This document shows, piece after piece, positions 11,651-22,250 of a DNA stretch of 64,000 bases. The notes under the pieces were generated by a model. It saw only the letters and a program-made list of their open reading frames with translations. It made no database searches and was not told where the DNA came from. Source of the stretch: Alphaproteobacteria bacterium (GTDB taxonomy: Bacteria > Pseudomonadota > Alphaproteobacteria > UBA9219); NCBI GenBank assembly GCA_013286365.1, contig JABDFY010000008.1, positions 199 to 64,198 of the forward strand. The letters run 5' to 3'. Every line of letters begins with the position of its first letter. The first letter of the stretch is position 1. Both the position numbers and the translations under genes were made by a program.

Positions 11651-12994
11651 TTAGCGCCCACTGCGTAGTTTAGATTTTTTGATTAGCCCTTCGTATTGGT
11701 GGGCAATGAGGTGGGATTGGATGCGAGAAATGGTATCAATTGTAACGCTGACGACAATGAGAAGGGATGTTCCGCCAAGATAAAATGGCACGGCACCCTT
11801 TGACATCAGAAACTCAGGCAAGAGACAGATCCCCGCCAGATAGAAGGCACCGAGAACAGTGAGACGCGTCAGCACATAATCAAAATAATCCGCTGTATTT
11901 TTACCGGGACGTATACCAGGAACGAAGCCGCCGTATTTTTTGAGGTTATCCGACGTTTCCTGCGGGTTGAAAACGACGGCCGTATAAAAGAACGCAAAAA
12001 AGATAATGAGCGCGGCATAAAGGATCATAAACAGCGGTTTGCCATGGCCGAGTTCGGTGACAAGATCAGCCAAAAAGCCGCCCTTTTGTTGCACATTTGT
12101 AAAACTCGCCAACGTTAGAGGAAAAAGCAGAAGCGAGCTGGCAAAGATTGGCGGGATAACACCAGAGGTATTGATCTTAAGCGGAAGATGCGAGGCCTCG
12201 CCACCATACATTTTATTGCCGACTTGACGTTTGGGATATTGTACAAGGATGCGGCGTTGCGCCCGCTCACAGAAGACACAGACAGCCAAAACACCTATGA
12301 TCAGGGCAAGGATAAGAAAAATAAACCAGGTTGAAAGCGCGCCAGTACGCCCCAACTCCAAAGTTTGGGCCATGGCATGCGGTAAATTAGCGACAATACC
12401 TGAATAGATAATCAGCGAAGTGCCATTACCGATGCCGCGCGCCGTTATTTGTTCGCCAACCCACATGAGAAAAACCGTGCCACCTGTCAGTGTCACCATC
12501 GTACTCAAGCGAAAGAAAGCACCAGGTATGACCACGGCCGAGCCAGAAGCACCCATCATATTCTCAAGTCCAACAGCCAAAGCGTAGGACTGGACGACGG
12601 CAAAGAGCACCGTTAGATATCGCGCATATTGATTAAGTTTGACCCGGCCGCTTTCGCCTTCTTTCTTGAGCGCCTCAAAACTGGGCACAATCGCGGATAA
12701 AAGCTGAATGATAATTGACGCAGTAATATAAGGCATAACACTGAGCGCAAAAATGGTCATACGCTTAAGGGCACCGCCAGAAAACATATCAAACATGCCG
12801 AGAATACCGCCGCCATGCTGTTTAAAAAGCTCGCCAAGCGTTACCGGATCGATCCCTGGCACCGGTATATAAGTACCAATACGATAAACGATGAGCGCTG
12901 AGAGTGTGAACCATACACGGCTCTTGAGCTCTGTCGCCTTTGAAAAGGCTGACATATTTAAATTTGCGGCAAGGGATTCAGCTGGAGATGCCAT
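11651..12994 (-). CDS. secY: preprotein translocase subunit SecY
   Basis: 447 aa polytopic protein with the SecY signature RIGTYIPVPGID...GALKRMTIFALSVMPYITASII. Confidence 0.97.
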   Translation of the reverse strand: MASPAESLAANLNMSAFSKATELKSRVWFTLSALIVYRIGTYIPVPGIDPVTLGELFKQHGGGILGMFDMFSGGALKRMTIFALSVMPYITASIIIQLLSAIVPSFEALKKEGESGRVKLNQYARYLTVLFAVVQSYALAVGLENMMGASGSAVVIPGAFFRLSTMVTLTGGTVFLMWVGEQITARGIGNGTSLIIYSGIVANLPHAMAQTLELGRTGALSTWFIFLILALIIGVLAVCVFCERAQRRILVQYPKRQVGNKMYGGEASHLPLKINTSGVIPPIFASSLLLFPLTLASFTNVQQKGGFLADLVTELGHGKPLFMILYAALIIFFAFFYTAVVFNPQETSDNLKKYGGFVPGIRPGKNTADYFDYVLTRLTVLGAFYLAGICLLPEFLMSKGAVPFYLGGTSLLIVVSVTIDTISRIQSHLIAHQYEGLIKKSKLRSGR

Positions 12995-13153
12995 GGGTGG
13001 ATTTCACGATCATAATTAAGAACTAGGAAGATATAGAGACTTAGCAAGCCCAAAACAAGTTAGAGCTATGACGCAGTGCAAAAATGGCTGTTCTTCACGC
13101 GATACGAACGAACGTCGCCGAAGCCAATGTCTGCCAAAGAGGAAGCTGAAAAG

Positions 13154-13639
13154 CTAAGCAGCAGATTCTTTCTGTTTTGCTGGCGCCGTAATCGTAACCT
13201 TGCCGCCTGCTTTTTCTATGGCCGCTACAGCCGATTTAGAGGCGCCGGTAACGGTCAACTGCACTTTGGCCTTAATCTCACCCTTACCGAGCAAGCGCAC
13301 GCCATCGCAAGCCTTAGCCACAACACCGGCTTTGACTAACATTTCCTCGGTTATCGGTTGCTTGGCATCTAAGCGTCCACCTTCGATCGCGTGTTGCAAG
13401 CGACCGAGATTGATCTCGGCATAGTCCTTGGCAAATATGTTATTAAACCCACGCTTCGGCAAACGACGATAAAGGGGCATCTGGCCGCCTTCGAAGCCTA
13501 CCACCGATATACCGGTGCGCGCTTTCTGGCCCTTAACACCACGACCGCAAGTTTTGCCCTTGCCGGAACCAATGCCACGCCCAACGATCATACGTTTTTT
13601 GCGGGCGCCGGGATTATCTCTCAAATCATTCAGTTTCAT
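13154..13639 (-). CDS. rplO: 50S ribosomal protein L15
   Basis: Starts [30 protein letters not shown]. Confidence 0.95.
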   Translation of the reverse strand: MKLNDLRDNPGARKKRMIVGRGIGSGKGKTCGRGVKGQKARTGISVVGFEGGQMPLYRRLPKRGFNNIFAKDYAEINLGRLQHAIEGGRLDAKQPITEEMLVKAGVVAKACDGVRLLGKGEIKAKVQLTVTGASKSAVAAIEKAGGKVTITAPAKQKESAA

Positions 13640-13866
13640 TTGCTGCTTCCTTTTTCTTCCACCTTCACAAGATGGCGTACTTTTTCGATCATGCCACGCA
13701 CGGCCGATGTATCTTCTAATTCACGCGTCGCGCGTACTTTGCCTAAACCAAGACCGATCAAAGTCTCGCGCATCCCTGGCTTGCGGTTATATGAGCTGCC
13801 GGTCTGCGTAACAACAACCAGTCGCTTAGATCCGGCTGCGCTCTTCGTTTGTGCCTTAACTGTCAT
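13636..13866 (-). CDS. rpmD: 50S ribosomal protein L30
   Basis: Contains [25 protein letters not shown]. Lies between rpsE and rplO. Confidence 0.9.
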   Translation of the reverse strand: MTVKAQTKSAAGSKRLVVVTQTGSSYNRKPGMRETLIGLGLGKVRATRELEDTSAVRGMIEKVRHLVKVEEKGSSK

Positions 13867-13886
13867 GTGACGATCCTATTGTTCTA

Positions 13887-14462
13887 TCAGGCTTCCTTCG
13901 CATCAGCCTGATCTGTCTGTTTCTTGCCTAGAATTTCATTCACTTTCTTACCACGGCGCATGGCGACCGAACGCGGACTTGCGACTTGGGCTAGAGCCGC
14001 AAAAGTAGCTTTGATCATGTTGTGCGGATTGGAAGAACCAATCGATTTGGCGACCACATCATGTAAGCCTAAAGCCTCGAATACGGCGCGCATCGGACCA
14101 CCAGCTATAATACCGGTACCCGAAGGGGCTGTACGTAAGACTACGCGGCCTGCCCCATAGCGGCCTTGAACATCATGATGGAGTGTGCGGCCTTCACGTA
14201 ATGGAACGCGGCGCATCTTGCGTTTGGCTGCATCTGTTGCTTTACGAATGGCTTCTGGAACCTCGCGTGCTTTACCCGTACCTAGGCCCACCTTGCCCTT
14301 GCCATCACCAACAATCACAACGGCTGCCATGGCAAAACGTTTACCGCCTTTGACAACTTTTGCGACGCGATTAATGGTTACGAGCTTTTCAATTAGTTCT
14401 CGGCCTTCGCGTTGGTCTTCTTTGTCCTCACCGGACTTTCTTGATTTTTCTGCTCTTGCCAT
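13887..14462 (-). CDS. rpsE: 30S ribosomal protein S5
   Basis: Contains [14 protein letters not shown]...[12 protein letters not shown]. Confidence 0.95.
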   Translation of the reverse strand: MARAEKSRKSGEDKEDQREGRELIEKLVTINRVAKVVKGGKRFAMAAVVIVGDGKGKVGLGTGKAREVPEAIRKATDAAKRKMRRVPLREGRTLHHDVQGRYGAGRVVLRTAPSGTGIIAGGPMRAVFEALGLHDVVAKSIGSSNPHNMIKATFAALAQVASPRSVAMRRGKKVNEILGKKQTDQADAKEA

Positions 14463-14473
14463 TTAGTGCACTC

Positions 14474-14836
14474 CTAAAACGTTAAGCCAGCTTCGCGTGC
14501 GGCTTCGGCTAATTCTTTAATCCGCCCATGATAGACATAACCACCTCTATCAAACACAACTTCCTTAATGCCGGCTTTGATCGCACGTTCGGCAACCAAT
14601 TGGCCAATAGTCTTGGCGGCCTCTTTATTGGCGCCGGTCTTAAGCTTCTTGCGCAATTCAACTTCAAGGCTGGAAGCCGAAACAAGCGTTTTACCAATGC
14701 GATCATCGATGATCTGAGCCTGAATATTCTGTCCTGAACGATGAACAGAAAGGCGCAAGCGCCCATGTGACTTCTGGGCGATTTGATAGCGGGTCCGCTT
14801 GGCGCGGCGATGGTGTAGTTCTTTTGACGACAACAT
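14474..14836 (-). CDS. rplR: 50S ribosomal protein L18
   Basis: Contains [18 protein letters not shown]...[16 protein letters not shown]. Confidence 0.95.
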   Translation of the reverse strand: MLSSKELHHRRAKRTRYQIAQKSHGRLRLSVHRSGQNIQAQIIDDRIGKTLVSASSLEVELRKKLKTGANKEAAKTIGQLVAERAIKAGIKEVVFDRGGYVYHGRIKELAEAAREAGLTF

Positions 14837-14848
14837 GGTTTTTGTTCC

Positions 14849-15382
14849 TTATTTCTTCTTACCTTCTTTTCGGCGAATACGCTCGCCCTCGTATTTGATA
14901 CCCTTGCCTTTGTAAGGTTCCGGTTTTTTCAGCGCCCGAATTTCAGCAGCCACTTGACCGACTTTTTGCCGATCGGTTCCGGTTACCGAGATAAGTGTCG
15001 GTTTTTCGGCCTTGATCGTAATGCCTTCTGGCGCCAGATACTTAACTTCATGGCTAAATCCGATTTGCAGAACGAGATCCTTGCCCTGAATAGCCGCACG
15101 AAAACCAACACCTTCTATTTCAAGTAAAGTCTTAAAACCGTCGGTTACGCCTTTGACCATATTATTAATATTATTACGCGTTGTTCCCCATAACACCCGG
15201 GCCCGCGGCGTATCTTCGTGCATCGCAACAGCCACCTTACCGTCAGCAACTTTGACGTCGATTTCGTTAGGGCAAAGCAGTGACAAGTTACCGAGCTTGC
15301 CTTTAATGGCAATCGTATGACCTTTCACTTCGGCTGAAACGCCTTGCGGCAAAGCCACGGGATATTTACCGACGCGCGACAT
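14849..15382 (-). CDS. rplF: 50S ribosomal protein L6
   Basis: Starts MSRVGKYPVALPQGV and ends in KPEPYKGKGI. Confidence 0.95.
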   Translation of the reverse strand: MSRVGKYPVALPQGVSAEVKGHTIAIKGKLGNLSLLCPNEIDVKVADGKVAVAMHEDTPRARVLWGTTRNNINNMVKGVTDGFKTLLEIEGVGFRAAIQGKDLVLQIGFSHEVKYLAPEGITIKAEKPTLISVTGTDRQKVGQVAAEIRALKKPEPYKGKGIKYEGERIRRKEGKKK

Positions 15383-15399
15383 GACTTAACTCCAATTCC

Positions 15400-15798
15400 T
15401 CAAAAGATTCGACATAGCACTTCGCCGCCAACATTCTGCGCACGCGCTTCGTTATCAGACAAAACACCGCGCGGCGTGGACAGTATCGAAACACCAAGTC
15501 CGTTAAACACACGACCCAGATCCTTGATCCCTGCGTACACACGACGGCCGGGCGTCGACACCCGCTCAATTTTACGAATGGCGCCACTGCCTTCATGGTA
15601 TTTTAGTTCAATCGCCAGGATCGCTTGCGATTTACTATGCTTCACTTCGCTGAAGCCGCGAATATAACCTTCACGCTCCATAGCCTCCAGTACCCGCTTA
15701 CGAAAAGCGGAAAAAGGACATTCTACAACCGGCATATTGGCCATCTGGCCATTACGAATGCGGGTTAACATATCACCTAATGGATCACTGACGGACAT
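15400..15798 (-). CDS. rpsH: 30S ribosomal protein S8
   Basis: The internal Met gives MSVSDPLGDMLTRIRNG, the canonical S8 start. The upstream part of the ORF overlaps rpsN and is not S8-like. Confidence 0.93.
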   Translation of the reverse strand: MSVSDPLGDMLTRIRNGQMANMPVVECPFSAFRKRVLEAMEREGYIRGFSEVKHSKSQAILAIELKYHEGSGAIRKIERVSTPGRRVYAGIKDLGRVFNGLGVSILSTPRGVLSDNEARAQNVGGEVLCRIF

Positions 15799-15811
15799 TC
15801 GTGTCCCTCCC

Positions 15812-16117
15812 CTACCAGCTCGATTTGATAATGCCGGGAATCTGGCCTGATGAGGCCAGTTCACGAATCTTGATACGGCACAATTTAAACTTACGATAAA
15901 CACCGCGCGGGCGACCGGTAAGTTCACAACGATTATGTTGGCGAACTTTGGCCGAATTCCGCGGCAGTTTGGCTAGCGCCATGACAGCATTAAAACGATC
16001 TTCCATCGACGTTTCTTTGTCCATGATGGTCGCTTTTAGCTTGTCATGCTTGACCTTGTATTTTTTTGCCAAACGACGACGTAACTTTTCTTTTTCAATG
16101 AGGCAGGATTTTGCCAT
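15812..16117 (-). CDS. rpsN: 30S ribosomal protein S14 (long, non-zinc form)
   Basis: 101 aa ending in [11 protein letters not shown]. Confidence 0.93.
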   Translation of the reverse strand: MAKSCLIEKEKLRRRLAKKYKVKHDKLKATIMDKETSMEDRFNAVMALAKLPRNSAKVRQHNRCELTGRPRGVYRKFKLCRIKIRELASSGQIPGIIKSSW

Positions 16118-16129
16118 TGGTTGTTCTCC

Positions 16130-16711
16130 TTAACCTTGGAACGGCATGTCGAAAGCCCGCAATAAAGCGCGCGCTTCGTCATCCGTCTTAGCTGTTGTAC
16201 AGATTACAATATCCATGCCGCGGATTTCGTCGATTTTGTCATAATCGATTTCCGGAAACACGATCTGTTCTTTGAGGCCTAGGGCATAGTTACCTTGACC
16301 ATCGAAGCTTTTTGGCGACACGCCACGGAAGTCGCGCACACGGGGAAGCGCTATATTGACCAGGCGATCGAGGAACTCATACATTTTCTCGCGGCGCAAG
16401 GTTACCTTGCAGCCGATGCCAAGTCCGCCACGTACTTTGAAAGTCGCAATAGCTTTACGCGCGCGCGTGATGACCGGCCTTTGACCCGCGATAAGCGCCA
16501 ATTCTTCGGCAGCATTTTTGGTCTTCTTGCTGTCATTGACGGCTTCGCCAACGCCCATATTGATGACGATCTTCTCCAACCGTGGCACAGCAAGCCCGTT
16601 CTTATAACCAAACTCCTTGACGAGTTTGGGACGAATGGTCTCCCTATAATGTTGTTCCAAGCGTGGAACGTATTTTTCTGCTTTTCTAGCTGTCATTTTA
16701 TCAATCCTCAA
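16130..16711 (-). CDS. rplE: 50S ribosomal protein L5 (start may be the Met at 16696)
   Basis: Contains INMGVGEA...[14 protein letters not shown]...FPEIDYDK. Confidence 0.93.
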   Translation of the reverse strand: MRIDKMTARKAEKYVPRLEQHYRETIRPKLVKEFGYKNGLAVPRLEKIVINMGVGEAVNDSKKTKNAAEELALIAGQRPVITRARKAIATFKVRGGLGIGCKVTLRREKMYEFLDRLVNIALPRVRDFRGVSPKSFDGQGNYALGLKEQIVFPEIDYDKIDEIRGMDIVICTTAKTDDEARALLRAFDMPFQG

Positions 16712-17031
16712 TCAATCAATTCGCCGGAACGTTTGGCAAATCGTACTTTGCGGCCATGTTCGGCCGTTTTAAAACCAATGCGCGTTGCTTTGTTATCTTT
16801 CGGATCAACATGCGCCACGTTCGAAGCATGAATGGGCGCTTCGCGACGCACAATGCCGCCTTGTGGGTTTTGCTGTGACGGACGGGTATGACGCGCAATC
16901 ATATTCACGCCCGAAACAACCACACGGTTTTCCTGAGGCAATACAGTCGTCACTTCGCCGATTTTGCCTTTGTCTTTGCCGGTGATGACAATCACGCGGT
17001 CTTTCTTTTTAAGCTTCATTTTCGTCACCAT
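16708..17031 (-). CDS. rplX: 50S ribosomal protein L24
   Basis: Contains [19 protein letters not shown], a KOW motif. Confidence 0.93.
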   Translation of the reverse strand: MVTKMKLKKKDRVIVITGKDKGKIGEVTTVLPQENRVVVSGVNMIARHTRPSQQNPQGGIVRREAPIHASNVAHVDPKDNKATRIGFKTAEHGRKVRFAKRSGELID

Positions 17032-17399
17032 TAGAGCACCTCTTCAGCCAAAGAGATGATTTTCATAAAACCTAGACTGCGCAGTTCGCGCGTCACGGGC
17101 CCAAATATACGTGTACCGATAGGTTCCTTATCTTTGTTGATCAGAACGGCGGCGTTGCGATCGAAGCGGATGAGGCTTCCGTCACTGCGGCGCAGGGCGA
17201 ATTTCTGGCGAACAATCACTGCTTTATGAATATCGCCTTTCTTAACTTTGCCACGCGGAATAGCGTCGCGGATCGAAACTACGATAATATCGCCAATCGT
17301 AGCGACCTTGCGCTTTGAGCCCCCCAGCACTTTGATGCACAGCACGTGCTTAGCACCGCTGTTATCGGCTACATCAAGAACTGATTCCATCTGGATCAT
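17031..17399 (-). CDS. rplN: 50S ribosomal protein L14
   Basis: Starts [17 protein letters not shown] and ends in AEEVL. Confidence 0.96.
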   Translation of the reverse strand: MIQMESVLDVADNSGAKHVLCIKVLGGSKRKVATIGDIIVVSIRDAIPRGKVKKGDIHKAVIVRQKFALRRSDGSLIRFDRNAAVLINKDKEPIGTRIFGPVTRELRSLGFMKIISLAEEVL

Positions 17400-17434
17400 G
17401 ATACTTAACCTATCTACCTTCTAGTTCTATTCAT

Positions 17435-17668
17435 TTAATTCGTACCATAACCAATACGAAACACAGTCCTCAACAGACGGCCCACTGGCCCTCTCTCAGA
17501 TTCCGCATCTAGGCCGGAATTTCCTTGAAACCACTTCCGTTTCCCCTCGAAAGCCTCCGCCAGGGTCCCGGCTCTCGGTTCTCCCCTTCGTGCATTTTCT
17601 GGAATAAACCTGATTGCTTGCAGGCCCAAACCTGTCCTATGAGGGGATTTATAATCAGAGCTACTCAT
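17435..17668 (-). other. 77-codon ORF or structured leader RNA filling the rpsQ-rplN spacer; nature unresolved
   Basis: The ATG lies 2 nt after the rpsQ TAA and is preceded by GGAGGAG. Against a coding role, the ORF is rich in AGG/AGA/CGA/CGG Arg codons, which are rare in the neighbouring genes. The region also has several short stem-loops, for example 17500-17520 and 17527-17543. Confidence 0.25.
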
Positions 17669-17670
17669 AA

Positions 17671-17952
17671 TTAATTCTCCTCCGTTTTATTGGTCTTTGG
17701 TTTAATTTTCTTTGCCGTGTCCTCATTACTAACGAGGGCCCAACGTTTACTTTTGCTGATCGGCGCACACTCGACGATTTGCACTACATCGCCAATTTTG
17801 CGGCTATTTTTTTCATCATGAGCCGCATATTTCTTGGATGTGCGAATATATTTTTTATAAAGCGGATGCATAACGCGACGTTCGACGAGAACCGTAATGG
17901 TCTTGTCGGCCTTGTCACTGACGACCGTTCCTTGCAATATACGACGCGGCAT
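17671..17952 (-). CDS. rpsQ: 30S ribosomal protein S17
   Basis: Starts [26 protein letters not shown]. Confidence 0.95.
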   Translation of the reverse strand: MPRRILQGTVVSDKADKTITVLVERRVMHPLYKKYIRTSKKYAAHDEKNSRKIGDVVQIVECAPISKSKRWALVSNEDTAKKIKPKTNKTEEN

Positions 17953-17973
17953 TTTAGCTCCTCTTTATCCTTC

Positions 17974-18261
17974 CTAAGCAGATTTCTTGGCCGATTTTGC
18001 GGCCGGTTTTGCAGCTGATTTCTTGGCCGCAGGTTTTACCGTAGCTGTTCTGACAACACCCCTTTGACGTTCACCTGTGACAGCCATGATTTTGGCAATC
18101 TCTTTGCGTACATGTGTCACGCGCGCCGTGTTAGCGAGTTGACCCGTAGCTTTTTGAAAACGCAGATTGAACTGCTCCTTACGCAATTCAGTCAGGCGCG
18201 TTTCCAGCTCTTTTTCTGTCTTGAGCCTGATATCGGCTGTCTTAACTGTATTTTTTGCCAT
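17974..18261 (-). CDS. rpmC: 50S ribosomal protein L29 with Lys/Ala-rich C-terminal tail
   Basis: The internal Met directly abuts the rplP stop. Contains LRKEQFNLRFQKATGQL. Confidence 0.9.
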   Translation of the reverse strand: MAKNTVKTADIRLKTEKELETRLTELRKEQFNLRFQKATGQLANTARVTHVRKEIAKIMAVTGERQRGVVRTATVKPAAKKSAAKPAAKSAKKSA

Positions 18262-18262
18262 G

Positions 18263-18676
18263 TTACGCTGCCTCACGCTGAACAAATTTCGTTTTAATCG
18301 GCAATTTGGCTGCGGCAAGACCAAAAGCTTCTTTGGCAACTGCTACCGGCACGCCATCCATCTCAAACATGATGCGACCAGGATGTACGCGGCACGCCCA
18401 AAATTCTGGCGTACCTTTGCCGGAGCCCATGCGAACTTCGGCTGGCTTGCGCGAGACAGGCACATCTGGAAACACAAGTATCCACAATCTACCTTGCCGC
18501 TTCATAGCCCTTGTAATGGCACGACGCGCGGCTTCGATCTGACGCGCCGTGACGCGTTCTGGCTCAAGCGCCTTAAGGCCATAGGCGCCATAGCTAAGAC
18601 GGAAGCCGCCTTTGGCAGCGCCGTGAATGCGGCCCTTATGTGCTTTGCGATATTTGGTGCGTTTTGGCTGTAACAT
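18263..18676 (-). CDS. rplP: 50S ribosomal protein L16
   Basis: Starts [16 protein letters not shown]. Confidence 0.96.
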   Translation of the reverse strand: MLQPKRTKYRKAHKGRIHGAAKGGFRLSYGAYGLKALEPERVTARQIEAARRAITRAMKRQGRLWILVFPDVPVSRKPAEVRMGSGKGTPEFWACRVHPGRIMFEMDGVPVAVAKEAFGLAAAKLPIKTKFVQREAA

Positions 18677-18694
18677 GGTTCTTTCCTATATCCC

Positions 18695-19378
18695 TTATGC
18701 CCGCTGCGGCTGACCTTCGAGGATACGCTTTTCTTGCGCCATCGGGTCATGATCAAGAATTTCGCCACGAAAGATCCAAACTTTGACGCCACAAGTTCCC
18801 ATCGTTGTGAAAGCTGTCGCAACGCCATAATCCACGTCAGCACGCAGGGTATGCAAAGGAACACGTCCTTCGCGGTACCATTCCATACGCGCGATTTCAG
18901 CACCGCCCAAACGGCCACCGCAATTAATACGAATGCCAAGAGCCCCAAGGCGCATGGCAGACTGCACGGCACGCTTCATGGCGCGACGAAAGGCAACGCG
19001 GCGTTCAAGCTGATTGGCAATATTATCAGCAACTAACTTTGCATCGATTTCAGGCTTACGGATTTCAACAATATTGAGACTAACTTCGGCGCTTGTCATC
19101 TTTGCCAAATCAGCGCGCAGCTTTTCTATATCCGCGCCTTTTTTGCCAATAACAACGCCAGGACGAGCCGAGTGAATGGTCACCCGTGCTTTCTTGGCAG
19201 GACGCTCAATAATAATACGGGCGATACCGGCTTGCTGACCAAGGCGTTTGATCAAGAAATCACGAATTTTCAAATCCTCATGCAACAAATCAGCATAGCC
19301 ATGTCCCGAGAACCAGCGGCTATCCCAAGTACGATTAATGCCAAGGCGCATACCGATTGGATTAACTTTCTGACCCAT
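18695..19378 (-). CDS. rpsC: 30S ribosomal protein S3
   Basis: Starts [22 protein letters not shown]. Confidence 0.96.
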   Translation of the reverse strand: MGQKVNPIGMRLGINRTWDSRWFSGHGYADLLHEDLKIRDFLIKRLGQQAGIARIIIERPAKKARVTIHSARPGVVIGKKGADIEKLRADLAKMTSAEVSLNIVEIRKPEIDAKLVADNIANQLERRVAFRRAMKRAVQSAMRLGALGIRINCGGRLGGAEIARMEWYREGRVPLHTLRADVDYGVATAFTTMGTCGVKVWIFRGEILDHDPMAQEKRILEGQPQRA

Positions 19379-19380
19379 GG

Positions 19381-19851
19381 TTAGGCTCCCGCCGCAACGG
19401 CTTGCGCCGGCGCTTTAGCTGTTTTTGTTTTTGTCGAGCTTTTACCCTTCACTTTTTTCTCCTCGGATTTCTTGTCTTCAACCTTGTCTTCCCGTTCCTT
19501 GACGACAATCGTCAGATTGCTAAACGGCTTTTCAATTCCAGCACTGCGGCCACGGCCGCGCGTTTGCATACGCTTCATAACAAAACTACGGCCAACCCAA
19601 GCCTCGGCGACATAAAGCTTGTCGACATCAAGAGCATGATTGTTTTCTGCGTTAGCAATAGCGGCTTGCAGAACTTTCTTTACGTCTTGCGCAATACGGC
19701 GTCTTTCGAAATTCAGCTGCGTCAAAGCAACGCTGGCAGCTTTCCCACGAATACTAGCTGCAACCAAATTAAGCTTCCGTGCCGATGTACGGATGGCGCG
19801 GGCCTTGGCCAGCGCCTTCCCATCAGCTTGTTTGCGTTCCGTCTTCGCCAT
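19381..19851 (-). CDS. rplV: 50S ribosomal protein L22 with Lys-rich C-terminal tail
   Basis: L22 core reads [17 protein letters not shown]...[11 protein letters not shown]. Confidence 0.93.
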   Translation of the reverse strand: MAKTERKQADGKALAKARAIRTSARKLNLVAASIRGKAASVALTQLNFERRRIAQDVKKVLQAAIANAENNHALDVDKLYVAEAWVGRSFVMKRMQTRGRGRSAGIEKPFSNLTIVVKEREDKVEDKKSEEKKVKGKSSTKTKTAKAPAQAVAAGA

Positions 19852-19854
19852 GGG

Positions 19855-20151
19855 TTAGCTCCCTGTACCTTCTGTCTTTTCCACCTTCTTGTCGGCGACA
19901 CTGTGCGCCTTAAAGAAGCGGGTCGGTGCAAACTCGCCAAATTTATGACCGATCATGTTTTCGGTTACCGAAACCGGTAAAAACTTATTGCCGTTATAGA
20001 CGCCAAAAGTTAGGCCCACGAACTGCGGCAAAATCGTCGAACGCCGTGACCAGATTTTGATGATCTCATTGCGTGTTGAACCACGGGCTTTTTCTGCTTT
20101 CTTAAGCAGATAGCCATCGACAAAAGGACCTTTCCATACTGAGCGTGACAT
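19855..20151 (-). CDS. rpsS: 30S ribosomal protein S19
   Basis: Starts [18 protein letters not shown]; contains [11 protein letters not shown]. Confidence 0.96.
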   Translation of the reverse strand: MSRSVWKGPFVDGYLLKKAEKARGSTRNEIIKIWSRRSTILPQFVGLTFGVYNGNKFLPVSVTENMIGHKFGEFAPTRFFKAHSVADKKVEKTEGTGS

Positions 20152-20162
20152 CTTATCTCCTG

Positions 20163-20417
20163 TTATCCATTCGCTGCATTTTTGAAACCTGTGAAACGCT
20201 TGATAGCGTCTAATATAGGCATACGGTTAGCGCGCGGATGGAGCGGAACTACCTGCGCATCTACACCACGAGCTTGATGATGCTCCGCAGGTGGGATCAA
20301 TCTAATGCCGTCCTTGTTGATCAAGTGCCCTCCCTCATCAACCCTATTACCATTGGCATCACACCAATAGCTGTCAGGAACACCAGTCGAGAAGTCGTAA
20401 ACGTATCTATCTGTCAT
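20163..20417 (-). CDS. 84-aa hypothetical protein inserted between rplB and rpsS
   Basis: The ATG at 20415-20417 lies 8 nt after the rplB TGA. It has GAGGG as a Shine-Dalgarno sequence (cgTGAGGGCCAAGATG). Its TAA lies 11 nt before the rpsS ATG. The ORF exactly fills a 274-bp gap that is normally about 10-20 bp. Confidence 0.5.
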   Translation of the reverse strand: MTDRYVYDFSTGVPDSYWCDANGNRVDEGGHLINKDGIRLIPPAEHHQARGVDAQVVPLHPRANRMPILDAIKRFTGFKNAANG

Positions 20418-20425
20418 CTTGGCCC

Positions 20426-21271
20426 TCACGCTGCCTGACGATCGCGGCGCTTATTAGCGCGGCGAATAATCTGACGATCGGTGCGTTTATTCTTTCTCGT
20501 CTTGGTACCTTTGGTGCCTTTGCCCCATGGCGTTACCGGATGACGACCACCTGAGGTACGGCCTTCGCCGCCACCATGTGGATGGTCAACCGGGTTCATG
20601 ACAACACCACGAACGGTCGGCCTTACACCGCGCCAACGTTTACGACCTGCTTTACCAAGTTGTGTGTTCATATGATCGGCGTTTGATACCGCCCCAATGG
20701 TTGCCATGCATTCTTGTGGAACGATGCGCAACTCGCCAGAAGAGAGTTTAATCTGTGCAACGCCTGTGTCTCTGCCAACCAACTGCACATAGGTGCCTGC
20801 AGAGCGTGCAATTTGGCCACCCTTACCAGGACGCATCTCAACATTATGGATGATGGTGCCTACAGGAATGTTTTTGATCTGCATGGCATTGCCTGGCTTA
20901 ATATCGACTTTGTCACCAGAAATCACAACATCGCCTTTTTGCAGACGCTGCGGCGCCAAAATATATGATAGGGTGCCGTCTTGATATTTTACGAGAGCGA
21001 TGAACGCTGTGCGGTTGGGATCATACTCCAAACGCTCGACAGTTGCGGTCATATCATTTTTACGACGTTTGAAATCGACAAAGCGATAACGGCGCGCATG
21101 ACCGCCACCAATATGGCGCGTGGTAATACGGCCCTTATTGTTGCGACCGCCTGTTTTGCTCAAGCCTTCGGTTAAAGCTTTAACCGGCTTACCCTTCCAT
21201 AGTTCTGAGCGATCAACTTGAATGACCTGCCGCAGACCTGGCGTAACTGGATTATATTTTTTAAGTGCCAT
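20426..21271 (-). CDS. rplB: 50S ribosomal protein L2
   Basis: 281 aa; contains [25 protein letters not shown]. Confidence 0.97.
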   Translation of the reverse strand: MALKKYNPVTPGLRQVIQVDRSELWKGKPVKALTEGLSKTGGRNNKGRITTRHIGGGHARRYRFVDFKRRKNDMTATVERLEYDPNRTAFIALVKYQDGTLSYILAPQRLQKGDVVISGDKVDIKPGNAMQIKNIPVGTIIHNVEMRPGKGGQIARSAGTYVQLVGRDTGVAQIKLSSGELRIVPQECMATIGAVSNADHMNTQLGKAGRKRWRGVRPTVRGVVMNPVDHPHGGGEGRTSGGRHPVTPWGKGTKGTKTRKNKRTDRQIIRRANKRRDRQAA

Positions 21272-21281
21272 AGCCCTACCC

Positions 21282-21611
21282 TCAGAGTCCTGTCGTCACA
21301 TCGATTGTGTTGCCTTCGACCAGCGTCACAATTGCGAATTTCACATCGCTTCTTTGACCGATACGGCCCTTAAAGCGCTTTTCCTTGCCTTTGCGGTTAT
21401 GCGTGTTCACAGCTTTTACTTTAACCTTAAACAGGGCTTCAACGGCCGACTTGATAATCGGTTTTGTCGCCTTCCGCGCAACGCGAAACGTCACCTGATT
21501 ATGTTGCGATCCATTCGTTGCCTTCTCGGTAATCACAGGCGACAAGATCACCTGATAAAATGGCGCCAAATCCGATGGCGGTGTTTTCTCTTTCTTCTTT
21601 GCCGCGCTCAT
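21282..21611 (-). CDS. rplW: 50S ribosomal protein L23
   Basis: Contains [12 protein letters not shown]...[11 protein letters not shown]. Confidence 0.93.
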   Translation of the reverse strand: MSAAKKKEKTPPSDLAPFYQVILSPVITEKATNGSQHNQVTFRVARKATKPIIKSAVEALFKVKVKAVNTHNRKGKEKRFKGRIGQRSDVKFAIVTLVEGNTIDVTTGL

Positions 21612-22228
21612 TTCAATCTCTCCTGCAGCTGCTCAACCGCGTTCTTGGTCAACACCAAAAAGTCGCGGCGCAAAATGTCATATACATTAGCGCCTTGCTC
21701 GGGCAGCACGTCGATGTGCTTTATATTGCGCGCGGCCTTGGTAAAATTCGGATCAAGATTGGCGCCATCGATAATTAAGGCCGAGGCTAAGCCAAGCTTT
21801 TTAAATTTTCCTGCCAGCGCCTTGGTCTTGTGGTCCGTTGTTTTGGCACTATCGAGGACGATGAGCTTACCGTCTTTTTGCTTTGAAGCCAAAGCCATGC
21901 GCAGAGCTAACTGGCGCACTTTTTTCGGCATGTCATGCGCATGATCGCGCACAACAGGTCCAAAGATAATACCGCCTTTGCGGAATTGAGGAGAACGCAA
22001 GCTACCCTGACGCGCACGACCTGTGCCCTTCTGGGCCCAGGGTTTTGCCGTCGTACCACTGACATCGCTGATGCCTTTGGTTTTGTGGTTGCCAGAACGG
22101 CGTTTGGCCAACTGCCAATTGACCATGCGCGTTAAAATATCGCGGCGTGGCTCTACAGCAAAGATGGCATCGAGCAAATCAATCTCGCCAACGTCCTTGT
22201 TCTCTAGATTTTTGATCTTCGCTTTCAT
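21608..22228 (-). CDS. rplD: 50S ribosomal protein L4
   Basis: The internal Met gives [18 protein letters not shown]. Also contains [28 protein letters not shown]. The upstream part of the ORF overlaps the rplC tail. Confidence 0.93.
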   Translation of the reverse strand: MKAKIKNLENKDVGEIDLLDAIFAVEPRRDILTRMVNWQLAKRRSGNHKTKGISDVSGTTAKPWAQKGTGRARQGSLRSPQFRKGGIIFGPVVRDHAHDMPKKVRQLALRMALASKQKDGKLIVLDSAKTTDHKTKALAGKFKKLGLASALIIDGANLDPNFTKAARNIKHIDVLPEQGANVYDILRRDFLVLTKNAVEQLQERLK

Positions 22229-22250
22229 ATCTCTTCTCGCACTCTCTTGT

